Positions 58,235 through 64,000 of a stretch of 64,000 nucleotides of DNA are shown one piece after another. Below the pieces are notes generated by a model. That model saw only the letters and a program-made list of their open reading frames with translations. It searched no databases and was not told where the DNA came from. The translations under genes were made by a program, and so were the position numbers. Position 1 is the first letter of the stretch; each line of letters begins with the position of its first letter. Source of the DNA: Paraphysomonas bandaiensis (Eukaryota > Protista > Chrysophyceae); NCBI GenBank assembly GCA_965644295.1, contig CBFFRP010000218.1, positions 124,001 through 188,000 on the forward strand. The letters run 5' to 3'.

Positions 58235-59485
58235 ATGGACAGTGTAGATCACCTTGATATCAATATACCAGATGACTTCCATCATCATTTAAGGGACAAT
58301 GACTGTATAGGGAGTGTATTAGTACATGCCAGTCAAAACTTTGGAAGAATAGTAAGTTATTTTAGATAATTATGATGTAGGATGTAACGACTTGTTGTGT
58401 AGATCGCAATGCCGAATACTGTCCCACCTATTCGCACTGTGGACGATGCACTCGCATATCATGCAGTATGTGTTATTGTCATATAGATATTACTAAGTAA
58501 TATTGGTATAGAGAATCATGGACCAGCTTCCTACATCCAGTAATCTGAAAGTGATGATGACGTTATATTTAACTGATAAAACGACGTAAGTTCCTACACA
58601 TATCCGCTGTCGTAATGATGTGATAAGATAGCCCTGAAGAAATACGTCGAGCAAAGGAAACAGGAATTGTATATGCCGTGAAACTTTATCCTGCGGGTGC
58701 CACGACTAACTCTGAATTTGGTGTGGAGAATATGGGAAGTCTCAAAGAAACCCTACTTGCGATGAGTGATATCAGTATGCCGCTTCTAGTTCATGGAGAA
58801 GTACCTGACCCAACAGTAGATATTTTCGATAGGGAGGCCGTATTTATAGACAATATTCTGAGGCCTATGAGAGCTGAGTTCCCTAACTTGAAGGTATAAG
58901 ACCCAATTTTTATTTCATCCTCAAACTTGACGGATATGCTTGCAGATCGTCATGGAACATATTACTACTTCCCACGCTGTTGATTTTGTTCTCGAAAGTG
59001 GCCCAAACACGGCTGCTACAATTACAGCCCACCACTTACTGTACAACCGGAGCGACATATTCAAGGGAGGCAAGATTCATCCGCATCTCTTTTGTTTGCC
59101 TGTACTTAAGCGAGAGAGGCATCGTCAGGCACTTGTTCAGGCAGCAACGAGTGGAAATCCCAAATTTTTCCTAGGTACTGATTCAGCCCCTCATGGTGTA
59201 GAGTCGAAGGAATGTGCGTGCGGATGTGCTGGTGTTTTTACAGCGCACGCAGCCATGGCGTTATACGCTGAGGCTTTTGAAGAAAACAATGCCCTGCAAA
59301 ACTTGAACGCATTTTCCAGTCAACATGGAGCAGATTTTTATGGTATTGAGAGGAACACGGGAACCTTGAGGCTGAGGAAAGAGTCTTGGACTGTACCCAG
59401 AAGTTACCAGTTTGGAAGTACAGAAGTGATACCCCTGAGGGCAGGAGAGACTGTGAAGTGGAAGATTGTAAGTAAATCGTTGTGA
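58235..59485 (+). CDS. pyrC: Dihydroorotase, homodimeric type (multi-exon)
   Basis: [66 protein letters not shown]. Confidence 0.95.
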
Positions 59486-60159
59486 TAGTTTTATTTTGAA
59501 GTCGTATAACTTTTCGAAAATCTTTTATCTTGTTCCGAAACAGTTTACGTTGCATCACATTAATTATAGTAATCACTTAGTAATGCTTCGTGTGTTTGCC
59601 GTGAATATTGTTATATATTTTTGCAATCTAGAGGGGCATGCTGTTCTACGTTAGAACATTATGATTCCTTGTTGAGAGCTAGAAAGACAATAGTAACCGC
59701 TACTTTGTCGTCTTTGCGTAAGACCTCTTGTGTATTCACCAAGTAGTATATATGGCGCAAAGTCTTTGGCCTAATTCTAAGCCATTTCAACTGCTCTTAG
59801 GAACACTACACCAGGTAACGGCTGTGTTCCCCCATCCCGGAAAAAACTGTAAAAGAGGTAATTCGAAGCTTGTAACACTATGGTTACGACATATGCCTCT
59901 ACTACAATTACAATTATACAAGCATTTTTATATAATAATACTGTCAAATATGATGAAACATTTTATTATTATAGAATTGATTTATAAATATATACTCCCT
60001 CATGAAATGGCATTGTAGATTATAACACACTTCAGTAACCATATCACTAAGTGTATATAGTAGCATGCTGATTGACATCCATACGAAGGAAAAGTACATC
60101 GTGTAACACGATGCACCCACGTTTATACTTACATATATTATCACTACGAGTATACGCAA

Positions 60160-60435
60160 TCATGCAAAAGAGTTTCCGCTATACATCCATTGTGTATTTT
60201 CTATTTCTTTCAGAAGACCATATAATTTCTCCTTTGTAGCTTTAGCAACTTCTTCTTGAGCTGAGTTTACATCAGGTTGACTATTGGCATCCATTTTAGT
60301 AGCTATAGCTGACCAAGAGTCAATCACAGATTCCGTTTGTAAAGAATTAATAAAATGTGATTTTCTTCGTGATGGTGACTGTGATAATCTTACACCACTG
60401 AGTCGTCTGTTTGATGGACTTCTAGATGAACTCAT
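60160..60435 (-). CDS. Small protein, possible APC16-like
   Basis: 91 aa; C-terminal EKLYGLLKEIENTQWMY recalls the ANAPC16 helix EKLAGLVEELEADEWRF (from memory). Confidence 0.45.
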   Translation of the reverse strand: MSSSRSPSNRRLSGVRLSQSPSRRKSHFINSLQTESVIDSWSAIATKMDANSQPDVNSAQEEVAKATKEKLYGLLKEIENTQWMYSGNSFA

Positions 60436-60880
60436 TTCGTAATAATTCTATGAATAATATATCCTTGTAATGGCATTACTTGCAACTATGGGCCTGCTTG
60501 TCATAGAGACACAACCATGCATGGTATACTCTGTGTGAAATATACCATATTTGAACGGTTATTAGTTTCATATGTTAACATTTGCTGTATTTTCCCACAA
60601 AAATAGGAATTTTTATCTACAAATCTTATAAATATTGGGATTTCAGTATTCCGTATTGCAAACGTGTACATACAGATATCCCCCTCCCCATATACAGGGC
60701 AATATACTGTACGAACGAACCGGATTACTAGTAGAATATTCACCACGACAAGCAAAAGATCCAAAGCGATCAATTTGCTATGATTGCAATTGCAATACAC
60801 TCATATATCAATGCAATACATAGTAAACAACACATCATATAATCTTATCAATCATACATACATATATATCTAGATAAGAT

Positions 60881-61750
60881 ATGACTGATCAAACTTTTAA
60901 TATTGAAACTGCTACAGCACAAAATGGTGGACTGGAGTTCATATTTGAGAATGGCAAACGTGAGGGCTGGGAGCCGGGGATTGACGATATGTCTGTGTTC
61001 CCAGCTGTCGATCCCACTGGCTTTTTCGTCGGAATTGTGGAGGGAAGGATAGTTGGATGTGTTTCTGGCGTTAAGTATAACGACGACTATGGATTTATCG
61101 GATACTACATCGTGCTGCCTGAAGAGAGGGGAAAGGGATACGGACTAAAGCTCTTTCAGCACGCAGTGAAGTATCTTGGGGATAGAAACATCGGCCTTGA
61201 TGGACTCCTTGTACAAGTTCCTAACTATCAGAAGAGTGGATTCCAATCATACCACGCAACTCCTCGTTTCCAAGGAAATGGTACTGGCCCGTCAGAGAGT
61301 GCAGCTGAAAATATTGTTCCTCTTTCGGCAGTAGACGCTGCTCAGCTGGCTGCTTATGATCGCAAGCACTTTCCTGCGCCCCGTGCTCCGTGGCTGCAGA
61401 AATGGATGGGAGGGATCCCTGGATGGCACACGGGCGCTTATATGGAAGGCGGTTCAATTCGTGGATACGCGGTTATGCGTCCTTGCATTACCGGTTTCCG
61501 CCTCGGGCCCTTGTATGCCGACACCCCTGATATCGCACGTAAATTGATGGCCTATATGCGCGCTCAGCTTGCAGAGAATCAAACTTTCTTTATTGATGTA
61601 CCGGAATGTAACCAAACTGGAATTGCTCTCGCAAAAGACGAACTCGGCCTTACCAAACTCTGGGACTGCATTCGTATGTACACTAAGGGTGAGCCCGAGG
61701 GAGTAAATTGGGGAGAAGTGTACGGAGTGTCGTCCCTTGAGCTTGGCTAA
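60881..61750 (+). CDS. GNAT-family N-acetyltransferase with YitH-like C-terminal domain
   Basis: EGWEPG..D, FIGYYIVLPEERGKGYGLKL, IGLDG..Q..NY.KSGF, GFRLGPLYAD, SSLELG; intronless. Confidence 0.9.
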   Translation: MTDQTFNIETATAQNGGLEFIFENGKREGWEPGIDDMSVFPAVDPTGFFVGIVEGRIVGCVSGVKYNDDYGFIGYYIVLPEERGKGYGLKLFQHAVKYLGDRNIGLDGLLVQVPNYQKSGFQSYHATPRFQGNGTGPSESAAENIVPLSAVDAAQLAAYDRKHFPAPRAPWLQKWMGGIPGWHTGAYMEGGSIRGYAVMRPCITGFRLGPLYADTPDIARKLMAYMRAQLAENQTFFIDVPECNQTGIALAKDELGLTKLWDCIRMYTKGEPEGVNWGEVYGVSSLELG

Positions 61751-63185
61751 TTGCTTTTTAATTGTTGAACTCTATTTTATGAGGTGAAACGTTTTCACAT
61801 TCTGTCGTCGTACTCTTATGTATTTGACTGATAGTGACAACTACTTCTGTGTGCGTTAACTCAAAGAAATCAATAGTTTTGACAACCAAATTGTTTTGCA
61901 ATTAAATACTCGTTGGTATCCATGGTAGTATCTCTAACTTTAACTTCGTTGGGACTACCAGCAGACCTTACATATTTAGATTATTATTAGACGCCATTAA
62001 TTTTGATGTTATTATTCATCCCCCACAATCTTCACATTCATATATGCTTAACAACAAGGAGAGGCCATTGGCTTCTAGATTGACAATACCTTTCCCTACG
62101 ACTAGAAAGGTATAACCTATTAAGTGATTGCTAGAAATTTGCAAGACAATCACACTTCGTACTAATAAGAGAGTACTGATTTCATTTAAATTCACGATAA
62201 TATTATCCCCATTTTGTCTCAAAAAAGTGTTTTTTACCTGAATTAGGCTCAAACCTCAACTTTATTATTATGTTCGAACAGACACTAACTCCTATCTTAA
62301 TTATGATATATACAGTAATTTGAAAATGATTTCATGATAATAAAATTTTAAGCCAACCATAATTTATGAGCCATACTCAAAAGCAGATCACCAAATACTC
62401 CAAGTTTTATTCCATGTAAAGGATCATAATAGTATCAGTGATAGTGAATTAACCTCATTTACAGAACTTTGAAGCAATAGTTTTTACATGAGCGAGAGTT
62501 CATGTCTTCCTTTTCAGGGTTTGGGTCTTTCATATCAAGACTTTCATACATTATACACATAGCATTCGAGTGAGTTGCGCGAGCAGGGCTTATGCGTGAT
62601 GTACATGAGTGTAATTAAGATGCTAAAAACCAAGAAACCTCAAGTGACTACAATTTTTCATATTCATTATTACGTTTGTGCATGAAATGCGATACCTTGC
62701 AGTTGCTATTCCATAAGCAGCCTTCCGTGGTAAGGGTACATTCGTTGTAGCTATTACTATTGAAGTAGAGGATTTATTGTTTGAGTTAGCCTAGTACAAT
62801 ACTCATTCCCCTAAGCATATGTATAGATACTATTGATTTGAAACAATACTTTGCTCTTTCATTTGTTTAATCAGCAATCCAGCTACAAATTGCTATAAAT
62901 ACCTGTAAATTCTAGATATATTCGGTTTTCAACGCTTGCAAGATAAGGAGTAACATCCCTTGTCCATATTATGGTTAGAACTTGGGAAGATATAGCCTCC
63001 TTCTTACCTGTGGTTTCATGTAACTGAAAGATATCGCTCTCAAAAGATTCATCACAGTATACTGATGTATTATGCGGCTGTATACCGGTATATGATACAT
63101 ACATAGAGGTACTGCTGTACATCACTGTACATGTATGTATATATCTTTCTACAGAAGTTTTTTTAGTGGAGAACTTCACGACATT

Positions 63186-63319
63186 ATATATTTTTGTTGA
63201 AAGATGCCTCTAATATTGAGGCAATAATTATCTGTATTCCAGCCGTAGTTGTATTACAGTAATATAGCGTATTTTTGCATCAATATATTCCCGAAAAGTA
63301 AGATGCTGACTGCCGATAC
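63186..63319. mobile_element. MITE copy (same family as 41924-42225), left end degenerate
   Basis: AAGATGCCTCTAATATTGAGGCAATAA...GATGCTGACTGCCGATAC. Confidence 0.82.
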
Positions 63320-63451
63320 AGAGTCTGTACCATTCTGTTGCTGTCTCTTGTATGTATGTATGTTATCATATGGATCTCACCGTATCACTCCATCAGTATC
63401 ACAGTGATATCTATATTAACCATCATTACTTCATATATTTAATTAGATAGT

Positions 63452-64000
63452 ATGGAAAACATTGAATCAGAGAGATTGAGACTTCGGAGAACATTTCGAA
63501 GTGGTAAGACCAAATCATATGAGTGGCGAATGCAGCAGGTAATGTACATACATACATACATACATACATAAACATACATACATAGATACATACATACATA
63601 TCGTATATATATCTTATTAATTCATATATGATATATTCGTTTAGCTCGAGCAGTTATTGAAGATGATAAAAGAAAATACTGGAGCGATGGAGGATGCATT
63701 GCGATTGGATCTAGGCAGACATCCATTTGAGTCTTCAGGACTTGATATCGCCATAATGGAGATGCAAATCAAATACATTATGAAAAACTTAAGGCATGTT
63801 TTGTATTTATTATCGTTCGTATACATATGTCACTGAGATATAGGAAGTGGATGCAGCCGTCGTATACTGGAGTAGAAGCTGTTGCTGCTCCTGCGGTGTC
63901 CGAAATGGTGTACGAGCCGTATGGTGTGTGTCTCCTAATCGGACCGTTTAACTATCCCATACAATTAGTGGTGAGCCAATCCTTTGTATTATGATTTACT
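63452..64000 (+). CDS. Aldehyde dehydrogenase family 3, 5' part (runs off the window)
   Basis: TFRSGKTKSYEWRMQQ|LEQL, DLGRHPFE, KWMQP, YEPYGVCLLIGPFNYPIQL; first intron contains (TACA)n. Confidence 0.9.

Noticed and set aside
54131-64000. fabD-pyrC-GNAT-ALDH as a biosynthetic cluster or bacterial contig
   Set aside because: Genes have spliceosomal introns, mixed orientation and unrelated housekeeping pathways; no PKS or NRPS core

Overview
Eukaryotic nuclear DNA with short GT-AG introns, most likely a stramenopile protist (GPCR-PIPK fusion gene, PT-repeat surface protein; taxon is inference). Bases 1-3628 are an AT-rich, intronless, co-oriented block that looks like an endogenous Polinton-like virus. 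It encodes a minor capsid protein, a basic protein and a major capsid protein, and the major capsid gene is cut off by a Copia-like LTR/gag fragment followed by a decayed hAT transposase. Host genes: membrane RING-H2 E3 ligase, AAR2, GPCR-PIP5K, PqaA/AprA-family secreted hydrolase, CrtR/desaturase-like enzyme, PTGQ-repeat membrane protein, malonyl-CoA:ACP transacylase, dihydroorotase, a possible APC16, a GNAT acetyltransferase and the 5' end of an ALDH3. The most striking gene (29118-37130, minus strand) splices a myosin motor and IQ neck in frame to a PH-EF-X/Y-C2 phospholipase C module that lacks its catalytic histidines. Mobile DNA: an intact chromodomain Ty3/Gypsy element with apparently identical LTRs inside the PTGQ gene exon, a two-gene Harbinger-type element within a (TACA)n tract, non-autonomous hAT and MULE-type elements with TSDs, a MITE family and a Crypton-like fragment. 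All calls come from motif recognition by eye; no database searches were run, and exon boundaries are manual.
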